From Camelus dromedarius (lineage: Eukaryota), in the NCBI RefSeq assembly GCF_036321535.1, contig NC_087436.1:70248001-70312000 (forward strand): 64,000 nt of DNA, read 5' to 3'. The position numbers and the translations under genes were made by a program. The notes beneath the pieces are model-generated. The model saw only the letters and a program-made list of their open reading frames with translations, was not told the DNA's origin and ran no database searches. The first letter of the stretch is position 1. Each line of letters begins with the position of its first letter. Positions 1-14,448 of this stretch are shown here, in pieces.

Positions 1-284
1 TCCACTCATTCTCCAAAATTCATCTGTCTTCTATAGACTCTCCCTAACCCTTATTTTACTACCCAGTATATGATGCTTTACAGGTGGATTTTTTTTCTTC
101 TTAATGTTGGTACAGGCATCTTCTTAGATGTGAACACTTTCAGAATATTATCAAAACTAGAAAGAAAATAGGAAAATTGGAGAGCATTTTTCTTTAAAGC
201 ATTACTTTGGGAACCTCAGTCATAAAGGAAAAAGCAAGTACTTCTATCTATACATGTATAATGATAGTTACCATTGTTGCTGTG

Positions 285-430
285 TACTTATTCACAACAA
301 CCTACAAGCTAAATACTAATTCCATTTGTTACATTGGAAAACTGAGATGCAGTGAAATTAAGTGACATGGCCCAGTCTCACAGCTAGCAGCACAGAGCAA
401 GGTCTTAAGCCAGATATCTCACCCCAAACT
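285..430 (-). mobile_element. MIR SINE fragment
   Basis: MIR core-like ggaaaactgagatgcagtgaaattaagtgacatggcccagtctcacagctag. Confidence 0.7.
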
Positions 431-1869
431 AGTTCTCTATACACTATACCATATTCCAACAAATGAGATTATGTTCTTTATTCTCTTTCCAGAATACAAA
501 TTGCTCTAGAATTACCTGACATAATTTTATTCTTAAAAGGGTTATTATTAAGTAAGAGGATAATGAGAATTGTTAAAATGTCTTCAAGCCCTTTAAACTT
601 TCTTTCTTAACATGCATTTTGAATTTCATAAATACTTTTATAGTGTTTACCTCTTCCATATTTTCTCTTCTTTTAGGTAATTAAGGAGGAAAATGATAAT
701 AATTGTTGCAAAACCTAATCAATTCTTCTGAGCATAATATCTATGAAAAAGGTTCGAAAATCTGCAGTTCCTTATTTGGATGTTAGTAATTATTATTTAT
801 TGACTTGCCCCATCCTTCTCTGTCATATGACTGCTATGAGTCAATATTTTTAGAAATATGAAATTTTCTGTCTGAAAGTTGGTTTCATTTGCCCAGATCT
901 GAATATAAGGTAGAGTCTGATTTGTAGTAATGTTGATATAATCCATTAGTATGTGATTTTGTGAAAGTAATCTGCTATGAACTAATAACAATGGCATTTC
1001 ATTAAAAAATTAAAGTGCTATTTCTTTATAGGAATGTAGAGACAGTTTCATATTCAGCTAGTTGTGGGCCTGATTTTTCATTGACTTACCAAGGTGTTTT
1101 AGGAAAGTAAAACTGAGGGCAGTTTTATGGAGTATTAATCCTAAGTACATGGAACTCACTTAATTATTGCTTCATGGTCACTGGTCAATTTTTCAGAAAG
1201 TAAAACTCATACACTAAATAGATTTTATTACAAAATACACTCTTCAGCAAGTGAATAGAATTATATTAATATATTGAAAAGTAAAAAGTTGTAACAAATA
1301 CCAATGAATTAAAAAGAAAAAAAAAGTAATTTATCTGCTTTTCTCCTTTCAGTGTAACATTTGATAGGAAGATGGCTAGATTCATCAGAATTAAGAAATA
1401 AACCAGTTTTGTTTTGCTTGTAGTTTGTTATTTATATTCAAAAAAGCATATTGGAGGCTGGGGGGAATGAGGGAAATAGGTGGGGTTACAAAGGAGTAGT
1501 AAAGTTTATCTTAGTTTAATAAAATCTATAATTACACTTATTTTTAAGTTACAAATCTGATTAGTACTTATCTGCTTAAAAATCCCCCATGGGTCCCCAC
1601 TGCTCATCAGGTCCAGCTCAGACCATTACCAAGGCTACAAAACTGGTCTGGTTCCAACCAGATCTGAACAGCCTCAATTCCTACTGATCTGTGCTATGCA
1701 CTTATGCTCCAGCTGTACAGAACTTGCAAGTCTTTTCTGAACAGAATCTTCTTGTTAAAATTTTCTTTTTTTCATATTATAAAAAGAAAACATGGTCCAT
1801 CAGAACAAAGCTGAAAAGAAAAAAAATTAAGATAATTCCCATAATCTCACCACAGTTAATGAAGTAGTG

Positions 1870-2121
1870 TTTTACTTTGAAAATGGAGGAATAAGGTCAC
1901 AAGTCGAGGAATGGAGGCCACCTCAAGAAGCTAGAAAGCAAAGGAAATGGGTTCTCCCCTAGAGGCTCCAGAAGGAACATAGCCCTGATGACAACCTGAT
2001 TTTAGCTCAGTGAGATCCACTTTGGATTTCTGCCCTCCAGATTGTAAAATAATAAATTTGTGTTCTTTCAAGCTGCCAGGCTTGAGGCAATTTGTTATGA
2101 TAGCAATAGGAAATTGATATA
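1870..2121 (+). mobile_element. MaLR LTR fragment (MLT1C/D-like, 3' half)
   Basis: ctagaggctccagaaggaac...aataaatttgtgttctttcaagc...tttgttatgatagcaataggaaa, a typical MLT1 3' end. Confidence 0.8.
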
Positions 2122-2189
2122 ATACCTAATGAAATGTACAGCTCAGCAGAAGAGCATAACACATGCCCATTTAAAAATGTATTTCAGCA

Positions 2190-3320
2190 AAAAATTAACA
2201 AATGGGACCTAATTAAACTTAAAAACTTTTGCACAGCAAAGGAAACCGCAAGCAAAACAAAACAACAACCTACAGAATGGGAGAAAATATTCACAAATGA
2301 TATGACTGACAAAGGTTTAATTTCCAGAATATATAAAGAGCTCATGTAACTTAATAACAAAAAAACAAACAACCCAATCCAAAAATAGGCAGAAGACCTA
2401 AACAAGCAATTCTCCAATGACAACATACAAATGGCCAATAGGCACATGAAAAAATGCTCAATATTGCTAATTAGCAGAGAAATGCAAATCAAAACTACAA
2501 TGAGGTATCACCTCACACCAGTCAGAATGGCCTTCATTAAAAAATCCACAAACGATAAATGCTGGAGAGGGTGTGGAGAAAAGGGAACCCTCCTACACTG
2601 TTGGTGGGAATGTAGTTTACTGCAGCCATTATGGAAAACAGTATGGAGATTCCTCAAAAAGCTAAAGATAGATTTACCATATGATTCAGCAATCCCACTC
2701 CTGGGCATATATCTGGAGGGAATTCTAATTCGAAAAGATACATGCACCCCAATGTTCATAGCAGCACAATATACAATAGCCAAGACATGGAAACAAACTA
2801 AATGTCTATCAACAGATGATTCAATAAAGAAGGTGTGATATGTTTATACAATGGAATACTACTCAGCCATAAAAAATAAAATAATGCCATTTGCAGCAAC
2901 ATGGATGGATCTAGAGATCATCATTTTAAGTGAAGTAAGCCAGAAAGAGAAAGAAAAATACCATATGGTATCACTCATATGTGGAATCTAAAAAAAAGAA
3001 AAAAAGAGGACACTAATGAACTCATCTACAAAACAGAAACAGATTTGCAGACATAGTTAACAATGGTTACCGGGGAAAAGGAGGGTGGGAAGTTTGAGAT
3101 TTGTAAATGTTAGCCACTATATATAAAAACAAATTTTAAAAAATAGCACAGGGAACTTTAGTCAATATCTTATAATAACCCTTAATGAAAAAGAATATCA
3201 AACAGATTATATGTATGTATATGCATGACTGGGACATCATGCTGTACACCAGAAACTGACACATTGTAACTAACTTCACTTAAATGAAAAATAAAATAAA
3301 ATAAAAAAATAATAAAAAGC
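2190..3320 (+). mobile_element. 5'-truncated L1 (ORF2 C-terminus, 3' UTR, A-rich tail) with target-site duplication
   Basis: ORF track shows L1 ORF2 peptides ([30 protein letters not shown]). TSD aaaaatgtatttcagca (2173-89) / aaaaattatttcagca (3321-36), at a TT|AAAA site. Confidence 0.95.
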
Positions 3321-6176
3321 AAAAATTATTTCAGCATTAAAATCCAATGATTATATTTAGACCTATATTTTTCAAGGGAGTGTATTTTGGAAGTTTCACA
3401 TTGCTATAAAAATTTTATAGGTAGTATTTTATGATGACATTGGGTTACAAATTAAAAGCAAAAGCTGATTTATAATACGGCTGCACATCACTGAGACGTG
3501 ATCTCAATGAGGGTAGGAACCGTACTGATTTTGTTCCCTACTATACTTCTTGTACATATAGAGTGCTGGGCACATGGTAAATGTGCATGAAATGAAGTGA
3601 ATGAATGAAATCAGATTCTTAAACATTTGCATGAATGAAACATTACATGAATACCTATGCATGGGTAATTACACATTATTGCACCATTTTAATTAGTACA
3701 CATACAAAAGTGGGCTTTTCTCTGCCACCAGTGTTAGAGGCAAATTCGAGCTCTCTGACCTTTTTTTGCTATACACACATATGCAAGAACAATAAAAAAA
3801 AGAAGTTGTAGTACAGAAGAGAAATATATATCAATGAAAGCATAAACTGACAAAAGGGCAATTTCTAACAGGTGTTCTAGAGCTCAGTAGCTTTTCTGAA
3901 GCTGTGAGCTCTGCTCCTTTGACAAGGTATACACATTTATCATTTCAGCCATTTAACACTGTGAAGCAGTTTGTAGCACAAACACTGTGGTAGGTTCACT
4001 GAGCCAGTTAGTGTCTCTCTCCTTCAGATGGATGAGCTCAAGTGCTGAAAAACAGATTATGACTTCCAGATTATTGCCACTCCAGCACCTCACTGACTAC
4101 TTAGAGAAACTTGTGTTCAGGTTAATTGCATTAATTCAAATAAAGCTGTTTGACAAGAGGCAATTTTACTAAATACAATATGATGGAGAACCAAGAAGTG
4201 AACAATAACAAAAAATATTTTTCCCATAAAAGACATTACAGAAACCATAGCTATTCATTCATTTCCTCCTTCTATTTTAGACATAAATATTAGTAAGTTT
4301 ACTTACCTGGTTTCCAGCACAGATAAGAAATAGTAAATTAGCAGCAACAAGATGGCACTGCAAGAAAATAGCACGAAAAGAAGTGATAAGAAGTCATAAG
4401 CATGGCTGTTGAGAGCAGCAGGAGGATACAGTAAAATGACCAGAGAAGCATGACCTGGGACACTGATTCCATATCAATAGTTCAAGTTCAGCTTTACCAT
4501 TTCCTAATTGGTGATCTCAGTTTCCCCATCCAAATAACGAAGATAATAATAGTACTTACCATGTGGTGGAAGGGATCTTATTAGATACAGCAAGTAAAAA
4601 AATTTTTTAAAGTATTTGGACAAAGTAAGTGTTAAGTAAATGCTACATGTTTTTCTTTTATTAATTTTATTATTACCACTTATATATGTCATGTAACCTT
4701 AGGAAAGCTACTCAATCTCTCTGAAACTCATTATCCTACTTTGTTACATATGATTCTAACAATAATCAACTAAGAAAATATATATGGAAGCTATTTTTAA
4801 GCTGCTAAATAAAAAATAAATTTCTAAAGGAACAAATCATCCTTTACCCTTTTGTATCCCCAAAGAGCTATAGTGAAATGGACCAAAAAAGGTTAATGGT
4901 GGTCATAATAATCTTGAATCATCAAAAATACATTTAATTAATTTCATTCATGTAGTCAACTAATATTTATTAAGATGCCTCAACATACCATGTGCTGGAC
5001 CAGACTACAGTCTGATCAACCCTCGGACTTCTCAGTCTGATACAGAATAGTTCAGATACTTCAAACATAATATGATAAATACTGTAACAGACCACAGAAG
5101 TAGAAGAGAAAGTACTATGAGGGGATGATGCAGGGAAATTATAGTTGAATTACGTGGGTATTAAAAGCTCAGAAGGCATTTACCTCTGGAGAAGAAAACA
5201 TTCCTGTTGGGTATGGAGGGGTAAAAAGGCATGGTGTGTTTGGGAAATTATGGAAAATGCAGGTATGTCCTGGGGATAAGGCAGACTAGAGAGAAGCCTG
5301 AAAATAAAAGCAGGGCCTTGTATGACTTACTAAGGGGTTTGACTGATATCTGGAATTGGGGGGGGGGTTGTTGCAAGAAATAGGAAAACACACACACACA
5401 CACACATATCACACAGTTTGCAGGATTCACAAAATTAGCAAGAAGTGGAAGATAAAGATCTGAAAAACAGAAAAAAACAAGGTGCTCCTTCAGGTTAAAA
5501 AAAAGAAAGTCAATAGTTGCTTTTAAATTATAAATAGACTGGCTAGGAGGCCACCTCCACACACGTGGGATGCTTCTGCAGGTTCGCGTGAGTAGATCTC
5601 AGCGTCCCTTGGTTCTGTATAACCACCTGCAGGGTCAATGCCCTGGGCAGGAAGATCCAATTCCTCCCCCCTTCAGTGTCCGTAGTAAAAGATGGGCACC
5701 GAGTCCTACTGAAACCATACACAACAGCAGATTTTCCAAAAATAGGAAAAGGAAGTTGGGTAACAGCAATAACAAAAACAAAAATAAGCCCACAAAAACA
5801 ATTCTGGCAAGCAACAACAACAACCAAAAAACCAATGCAGAATTTTAAGTCGGTAGTGACAAGATCAGATTCACGTGTTTAACAGAAGATGGCTATGAAA
5901 TGACTTAAATGATGCAAAACAAGACACATTGAAAAATAATTCTCCTTCCTATTTATACTCCCCAGGTTGATATTTTCCCTTCCCAATGACATTTTTACAG
6001 TTTTCTTGTATAATCAAGGACATATATATTTCTATGTATTTTATCATTTTAGTTGCTGGACAGATGGGATGTTGTGTTTTGTATATTAATTTTTTTTACT
6101 CAGCCACTCTAATGAATTATTTTATTGCTTATAATAGTTTTTCAGTTGATTCTCTTTGGATAATTGATTTGCCTGG

Positions 6177-7072
6177 TATGGTAGGCAGAATAATAACCCC
6201 CATATCTTAATCCTTGGAACTTATAACTATTGACGAAGGCTGTCTCCTTATCAAACTGTAGTCGGCCTCTTCTGATCCATCTTTTCAAGTAGGCTTCAAC
6301 CTTTGGGCTGACATGTTTGTCTGCACTGCCCAGTTTTAGCAAGAGTTCTTTTAAGTCAGTTTAGACACAACCCGCACCCTTGATAACTAATCACCCTCTA
6401 TATCTGATTCCTTATCCTCCACCATCCCCCAGGTGATATCTGATCACCCTGGACTGCCTTTAGCAGAAATCCCCTTCTACCCTTGATTTTTCTTCCAGTA
6501 ACTTCTCACCCACTGATCTCCACCTTGTTCCTTGGCTATAAATCCCCACCTGTCCATGTTGTATTCAGAGTTAAACCCAGAGTTAAACTTCTATACTGAG
6601 TTCTCTTTTCCCCCATTGCAGTAGCTGAATAAAACCTGCTTTCACTGATTTAACACAGCTGATTTTTCTTTGACACTGTGTTGTTGCTCTACGTAGCAAA
6701 AGGATTTTGCAATATTATTAAATTAAGGATTTTGAGATGGGGTATTATCTTGGGTTAACTGGGTGGGTCCAATGCAATCACAAGGGTCCTTAAAAGATAG
6801 AAGAGAGAGGCAGAAGAGTGAGAGAATGAGATGTAATGACAGAAGCAAAACCTGGAGTGATACAAGGCCAAGAGCAAGGATTGTGAGCAACCTCCAGGAG
6901 CTGGAAAACGTCAAGGAATGAATTCTTTTCCCCTACAGTCTTCAAAAGAAACATAGCCCAGTAAAACCCATCTGGACTTCTAACCCTCAGAACTATAGGG
7001 TAATAAATTTATGTTGTGTTAATACACTAAATTTGTGGCAATTTGTTATAGCAACACTAGGAAATTAATAAC
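6177..7072 (+). mobile_element. MaLR solo LTR (MLT1C/D-like) interrupted by an ERV1 LTR
   Basis: Starts tatggtaggcagaataat; resumes at 6676 with ttaaggattttgagatgggg...ggtgggtccaatgcaatcacaagggtcctt...tttgttatagcaacactaggaaa. Confidence 0.85.
6231..6675 (+). mobile_element. ERV1 solo LTR (MER31-like)
   Basis: TG...CA termini (tgacgaagg...ctttgaca), internal TATA-like ctataaa and AATAAA, near-TSD CTAT/CTGT. Confidence 0.75.
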
Positions 7073-7199
7073 CCAGTCTTTCAAATACTTCCCTCCCTCT
7101 TACTTTTTTAAAATAAATAATAGATACTGTTTTTCTGTATCTTTGCTTTTATCTCTTACTAATAATTTGAAAGATCATCCAAAATCAGTTTATATGAAT

Positions 7200-7980
7200 G
7201 TGCCTCATCTATTTAATAGCTGTAAAACATTCTATTTATGTATTTTTCCCCGTTTTAAAAAATTGTGTTGTGATCTTTTCTTATTGAATTAAAAGAGCTG
7301 CTTATAAAGCAAAGAAATAAGGACTACCTCTGTAATATGCTGTAAATATTTCCCCTAATTTATCCATTTAAATATTTTGTTATTAATATCTTCACTATTG
7401 GCAAATTATTTTTCATTTATCGGATTTCTCAATATCTGCTGTGAATATCTGTTTGGATTTGGATTCTGGAGTTATGTCAAGCTTGAAGGGTTTTCTCCCT
7501 AATGAGGTTATTAGAAATTCTTCAGTGTTTTTTCTAGCATTTTTATGACTCAATTTTTATGTGTAAAATTTTGATCCACTTACAATATAATTTGGCATAA
7601 GAAATTTAAGTAGTGATCCAAGATCTTTCAGATGGCTATCCAGTTGTCTCATCATCATTTACTGAATAATCTATTTTTCTTGTATTAATTTTATATGTTT
7701 TTTGTTTCTGTTCCTTCTGTTCCATTGATCTAGCTTTCTTTGCAAATTTTTAAACATTGTAATTTTATAATGTTTTAATAACTGGTAAGCTGACCAGCTC
7801 TCACTACCTTTATTTTTTAAATTTTTGGTTAAATTTTTTACTAAACTTGCACATTTAAGTTTTTCTGAAAATTCTTTTTTTTTTAAATCTCCATCTGTGG
7901 GTTTATTTGTTGGGTAGAGAATTGCATTAAATTTACAGTTTAATTAGGGAGCACTGATGTATTCACATGTTCCATTTACT
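7200..7980 (-). mobile_element. Old degraded L1M fragment
   Basis: T-rich antisense L1 motifs such as ttttgatccacttac, cagatggctatccagttgtctc...catttactgaataat and gttccattgatct. Confidence 0.6.
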
Positions 7981-9453
7981 TAAATCAACTTCTTGATGTG
8001 TGCAAAAACACACTATGTAGTGTGAAATGACATTCATTTAGGTTATGAAACACATTATTAATCAATCATGGAGACCAAGCGCATTCTCCCTACAAGCTGG
8101 CCAGTGGCCTCTAATGTGGCCCAGGTAAACGGTTTTGTCCAAAAATAGATGAATTATTGGCTAAGTCAATCATCATCCCCATCCTGGCAATTTGAATTAC
8201 AAATGCAGAAATAATTAGCCAGTTGGGAGCAGGATGGAAGAAAGTAGAAACATTTAATATAGCAAGGTCACACCAATGCAGAGCATAATAAGGTTTGTGA
8301 ATTCTATTGCTGAGTACTCCAGAGCCGTCTTGAGTCTAGAGTCAATCACCAGTTCTCCTTGAGACTTACTTGGCTTTATTAAGGCACCAGTTTTAAGGTT
8401 TGTTTGACATTCACTCCCCATTGTTGTTCCATGAGTGTTTGCATAATAAACTCTACTATGAATGACTAGTTGAGTAGATTTATTATTCTTTTTAAAAAGA
8501 CCCTTCCAAGAAAAGATATCTTAACAATTACCTATCAGTTTACAAACCAGTTTACAGTGCTTTCACTTACCTCATTTAATCTATCAACAACCCAGTAAAC
8601 TAATGAACTTCAGAGATAAGGGTTTTTTGGCATCATTGCAAATCATTGAAAGCAAACAACTTACAAGGCTGAACAACCTAAGGCTGAACTTTCATTAAAG
8701 GCATGGGATAACTTTCAGAGACAAATTTCTTTTAACATGCTCTGAACATGGTTGGGTGTGAATGCGAGGTCCCAAACTGCTGTAGCCAATTCACCACAAA
8801 GCAGAGGATGAAGCTGGCCAGACTCAAGGGAACTGTAGAAAAATGGAGCTGGAGCCCCAGAATTAACATCACTCAGAGACCTCCCAATCTCTGAACTTCA
8901 TTTCTGCAAGCCGATAGATTTCCTCCTAATTTCAACCATTTGAGGTTATAGTCTTTTGCCGTCTGTTACTGAAAACATACTAAGTGATATGGCATCAGTT
9001 ACATTTTTACATTTACATGCATTCAAAAAGCAGGGACTAGAGCCTTGGGAGAAGGGAAGAGCACCCTGCTTTGGGAGGCAGGGGTATAAGAAGTCTGGAC
9101 AAAAGATGTTGCCTGTCAGCTCATGGGTGTGTGTGCAGAGGGAGGTGTTGGGTGGCAGACTGGAAGAGAAGGCAGGAGAAGAAAAAGGAAGTAAAAAAAA
9201 AGGGGGGGGGGTGAAATTTCATGCACTTACTAGTCTAGCCCCTTCTAAGTTGTTTGAGTATTTTCAGCTTTGATAGGAAACTTAGAATATAGTCCAAAAC
9301 CTGCAACTAAAAATAGTACTCTCTGATTTTTAGAATTAAATTTCAAATAGCACTGTCTTAGAGCAGTGTTTCCCAAACTTCAGTTTCTCCCATTATATGT
9401 TGAAATGGTTGTCATATCTAAATATAGTTTTTATCTGATATTTTCCTCTAAAT

Positions 9454-9660
9454 CAGTGGTTCTCAATCAGGGGTGATTCTGCCCCCAGGAGAACATTTGG
9501 CAATGTCTGGAAAGTTTTTTGTTTGTCACAACTGGGAGCTACTGGCACCTAGTGGACAGAGGGCAGGGATACTCCTAAACATCCTACAATACACAGCACA
9601 GACTCTAATAAAGAATTATCTGGCCCATAACGTTAGCAGTATCAAGGATGAGAAATCCCG
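9454..9660. mobile_element. hAT-Charlie MITE (MER20-like)
   Basis: cagtggttctcaa start with MER20 body (gtgattctgccccca...catttggcaatgtctgga); degenerate 8-bp TSD ctctaaat/atttaaat. Confidence 0.85.
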
Positions 9661-12600
9661 ATTTAAATCAGTTCACTTTCTTTTAAATTTCACAAAAACA
9701 TTTATTGAGCAACAGTGTATCTTAAATATTTTTCTTTTTTAAAAATTATTTTTCTAAGTGCTTAACACACAACATCTCACTGAATCCACACACCAAACTT
9801 ATGTGATAGCTAATACCATTAAACTTATTTTACAGGGGAGGAAACTGAGGGTTGATTAACTTGCCCAAGGTCAAACAGCTAGAAAGTAGCTGAATCTGGA
9901 CGGTATGATGCTGGAGATCCTGAGCTTAACCAATAGGCCTTAATTTGTATCACCACTACAAATGAAAACCAGCATCACGTGCCTTCTGCAGTAGAAGAAC
10001 ATAAATAAATTCAATAAGGGCAAACATTATTAAGCTCTACCTAGATATTACTGCCTGCTGACATCTCTGGGTCTAATTCTTAGAAAGGGAAACAAAGTAT
10101 TAGAAAGGTGTTTAAGACATACTAGCATCAAACCAAGATTTCCTTCCTGATACAATCAGAAGAAACGAAAATGAATTTAAAGCGGGCAAATTTCTTATTA
10201 TGTAACTCAATGTTATATAATGCTGTGTTTCCGTTCTACTTAAAATCCCAACTCTTCAACCATATAAAGCTCTAGGATGTTTTGATTCCCCACTAATTAG
10301 GTAAATCTAGGTTCAAATTCTGGATCTGATACCACGTATATTAGATGTGATTTAATATCCTCATCCAGAGAACTGGGCCAATAACATCTGCCTCCTAGGG
10401 GTGTGTTGAGAATTAAATGAGATATAAAGAGTCTTGCAAGATTACTGGCAGAAAATCACACAATAGAAAATAAATATTAGTTTCTCTTATTTCCTGAAGA
10501 TCCTGTGATCTATTTCCAGCACTGGCTTAGATTCTCACATTCTTCCATGATTACACAAGTTCTCTGAGGGCCATGGCAGGACAGGCAGCAACGGTTGGCT
10601 CCAGAGTATCACAGGGAACAAAGAGCTGCTTTACCCAGAGTAATCACTGAGGCCTCCTGGGAGGAACTGGCCTTTTGAGTTATGCTGTGTAGCCACCCCC
10701 TCCCCCCATCCCCACTCCTGTGAAGGCTATTGATGATCTAGGGAAGATTTATGGAATTGGCAAGCATGACAGCCCTGAGATAGTGACTCTGATAGATGAC
10801 ACAGGTCGCTGGAGGTTGCCAGGGGGAGGAAAGAAGAAGGGGAGAAAGGGGAGGCTTTGCTCCTGAGAACAGTGTTGTGGGTCAATCCTAATTTCTTTGC
10901 ACACACACACCTACTCCAATTTTAGACCCGCCAAGTGACCATGCAGCCATTGAGTCTATGGCTAAAGGCTGTACTTTAAATATTCACAGCACCTCCTGTA
11001 GGACTGGGTTTGTGAGACTCTGTGATATCAACTAAAGCAGAGTTCAAACGAGCATTGGAACTCCTGTCTGCTTTTGTCTTGATACTGTGACTCCAGAATT
11101 TCCTCCCTACTTGATTCTTGATACCTTTATTCTTTTAAAATATTCCTTTAATAAGGCTTGGGATTTCATGTCATGATTAGGGATAATTAAAATGCAAATA
11201 CAACTAGAGAGTTAATACATTGACAAACTCAGAATATCTCCTCCTCATTAGAATGTAAACTTCTTGGGGTAGAGACTTAGTTTTGTACCCTAGTATATCC
11301 CCAAAGCTTAATAAATATTTAAGTCAAATGAACGAGAGTTCATAATAAGGTATAAATCATTGCAGCAGTTAACATTTCCTTTACCTACACGTGTAGTTTT
11401 TCATGCCTCTGGGCTTTATATATGCTCCATCATCTTTCTGCAATACCTTGTGTCTGCCTCTTACGTCTCTATCACCTTCCTTACCTGGAGAAAATCTACT
11501 AACCCTTTAGGACTTGCTTTTTGGGTAAAACTCTCTCTGATCCAATCTTCCTCCTCAAATTAACACTCACTAGCTGGGTTCCTATAGCCCTTTCCGTATA
11601 ATCCTGTTACAAGAGGGATGATTTCATGCTGTAATTATGTTATTTATATGTGAATCTCTGCCACTAGAAACCAGCTCCTTGAGGGTTGTAATGTTGTGTA
11701 TTTCTTTTGTACCGTCACCCTTACCATGGGTAACTGGTTCATGGTAGATCTTCAATGAATGTTACTGACTGAATGTTGTAAATGGTCCCTAATTCTGCAG
11801 GGTTCCAGGGCGATCTCAGATAGATCCTTCATAAGGAGTGCATTACAAGATCGCCTCCTTTAAAAGTTCTACTTTGGATAGGAAATTTTCCTGCCCATTG
11901 TGGTTTTATTTTACTAAATCCCTTTGTCCTGTACTCAAAAGGAATGACTGGTGTGGAAACACAGAATACAAACTATAAATAAGGGATCTGGATATTCTGG
12001 GTCAGATATTTCAGGGTGGGACTGAGTATCTTGGTCTCCTTCCCTATAGATGCTTCCTGGTTGCCCTGATGCCAAACAACCTTAAGGACAGTGATCTGGG
12101 AGAGTTGGAATATTTCTCCTGAGGGAAAACAAATGGTTTGACTATGGGGCCAGATTCCTGTTGGTTCAGGACAGGAGAATTATACCATGTAAAGCAGTAG
12201 CTCGTGTCTCCAGCTCTAAGAGGACTGTGGCTTGTTCAGGTTGTGACTATGACAACAATGGAAAACATAAGAGAGATGCCAAGAAGAGGGTGCGGTAACA
12301 GCCATGAGCAAGAGAGAACAAATGGCCAAGACTAGGGACTGCCTAGGGTCCCCGGAGTCCAGTGGTTACACAGGCAGGGATTCAAGACTTGACTTCCACA
12401 TTTCATTACTTACATTGATGCAAACCAGACTGCTCATAAGGTGACCCTTTGCATTCATCCATTCTGCTGTAAGTTACACTGAGGAACGGAATGGAGATGG
12501 GGGAGGCAGCCTAACTACCTAGGGCACAACCCAAAGGGTTGCAGGGCTTGAGAACAGGCACAATTTAATTAAGCCAACAGTGAATTTGTGTGGGTGAAAG

Positions 12601-14239
12601 TAACAGCTGCTGATTCTTAGGGTATTTTTAAGTTGCAGCCAGTTCGGATACTCTCTCTGCCTATATATGGTCCTTCATGCTAAGGACCTCATGGAGATGG
12701 GTGGGCTAAAAACATAGACTCCTTGAAACTACACCATCATCTCCTGGTCTTTGACAGCACGTCAGCAGCCTGCTCTCTGGGAAACTTCAGCAAGGTTAGA
12801 AATTAAGCCTCTCATCTGACATGCTCAGACCCCTCCATCCCCCACCCCTACACCCACCACACTGTTGCTAGGCTTTTTTTTTTCAGATTAAAGGAGAGAT
12901 GTATTTGTTTAGTCCCCATATTCTTTCAAGCTGCTTAGTTACCACATCTTGTGCACAACGCACACTCCAGGCAAACACATTTAAGAGCACAGCAGATTTA
13001 AGCAGCAAGCAAGACTTGCAGATTGAGCCCCCTGAGCCCGTGTGCTATATGAAGCAAACCAAAACACAGCTGCTGGAGTTAATTTTAGGCTTTCTGACCT
13101 TGGCAATGTCCTATCAATTGGGGAAAAGCAGCTCTGAATAGGTTCAAAAAGGAGTCTTTCTCCTCCTTCCCCCCCTGCAGCTGACTGGAAAAGTGGCTAC
13201 ATGGTTTAAGTTTAGTGGGAAAAACAATTAATTAAAAACAATAGTAAACTTGTCAGATCAAGAAATTCAACACTTACTGAGCAAGTGCAAGGTCTATGCA
13301 AGAAATCTTTTAGGATATTGTCCCATAAACCTAGATCCTCAAAATTATACTCGAAGTAGCACCTTCTGAAAAGTTCTAAAAGATTGGCTTCTCAAAAACA
13401 AAAATGAATTTCTGTATCACAGTGCTTCAAGACAACGAAAGCGTTTGGCAATGATGAGAGGGGAAGTACAAGCTTTATTAAACTATGTTGTTTATATATA
13501 TAACATGAATTTAAACGCCAGGAGTAAATACATACTATTCATTTCTGAATGCACAGGATCCAATTCTCTGACCATCAAAATATGCGAGGCACCTGTAAAA
13601 CACTCACATACAACATGGACTTTCCTTCCTGACAATTTCTTACTCAATTTCTAATTTTGCTTTTGTTTGATTGCCTGTATTTCCCAATGATCTACAGATT
13701 CATGATGGCAGGGTATATCCTTGTTTTTTGCTCACAGAGGCCCATTACAGACAATAAATACTTGTTGAGTGGGTAACGAATGATTTGCACCTCATCATTC
13801 TCTTACTTCTAGCATTCTCGTGCCCAAACTTCATTCTTAAAGGAATGAACAGCTTGAAGGGAAGGGTAGGGGTTAGGTTTGGGATCAAGGGAAGATCCTT
13901 CTTCCACTGTAACATTATTAAATAAAAAGCTTTGTGCTTTGATGCTTTATGGCTTTTAGTGACAAATGAATGCAGAGAGACACCAAGCCTCATGAACCAA
14001 CATTTAATACTTTCATTCTTTTCTATGACATTAAAATAATATGTCCTTGAGGAGCATTTATAATTATTCATTTGTTTGTAGTTAATGAAGATACAGAATT
14101 AAAATCTAAAGAGCACTGATTAAGGATCAAGATGAATTGCTAGCTATGTGAAGTGGAATTGTGTAGCATGCCAAAATTCATTTAGAATATATTCATTCTA
14201 ATTTAGGTCATCCTGGGAAGAGGGGAAGGAAATGGGCTG

Positions 14240-14448
14240 TACTGAATTCAGATTGTACTTACTAGCTATGTGATCTTGAGCAAGTTACGTACATAACCTC
14301 TCATCACTAGCTTCCCTGTCTATACAAGAGGGAAATAACACCTGATATCAATACCTCAGGGGCAGTGCAAGGAATAAATGAAAGGGGTAAAATATACGAA
14401 AAGCCTAGCAGAGTGACTGACCCATATTCAGTCAATGATAGCTAAAAA
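14240..14448 (+). mobile_element. MIR SINE
   Basis: cttactagctatgtgatcttgagcaagttac...ttccctgtctatacaag...aaagcctagcagagtgactg. Confidence 0.7.

Noticed and set aside
2134..2838. ORFs of 71-135 aa as host genes
   Set aside because: They are sense and antisense translations of a broken L1 ORF2. The same applies at 38008-38819, 43531-43908, 53775-54332 and 57662-59020.
10560..12420. Possible ancient LTR elements or a coding region upstream of the gene
   Set aside because: The composition looks LTR-like, but I cannot name a family or define the ends, and there is no credible ORF.
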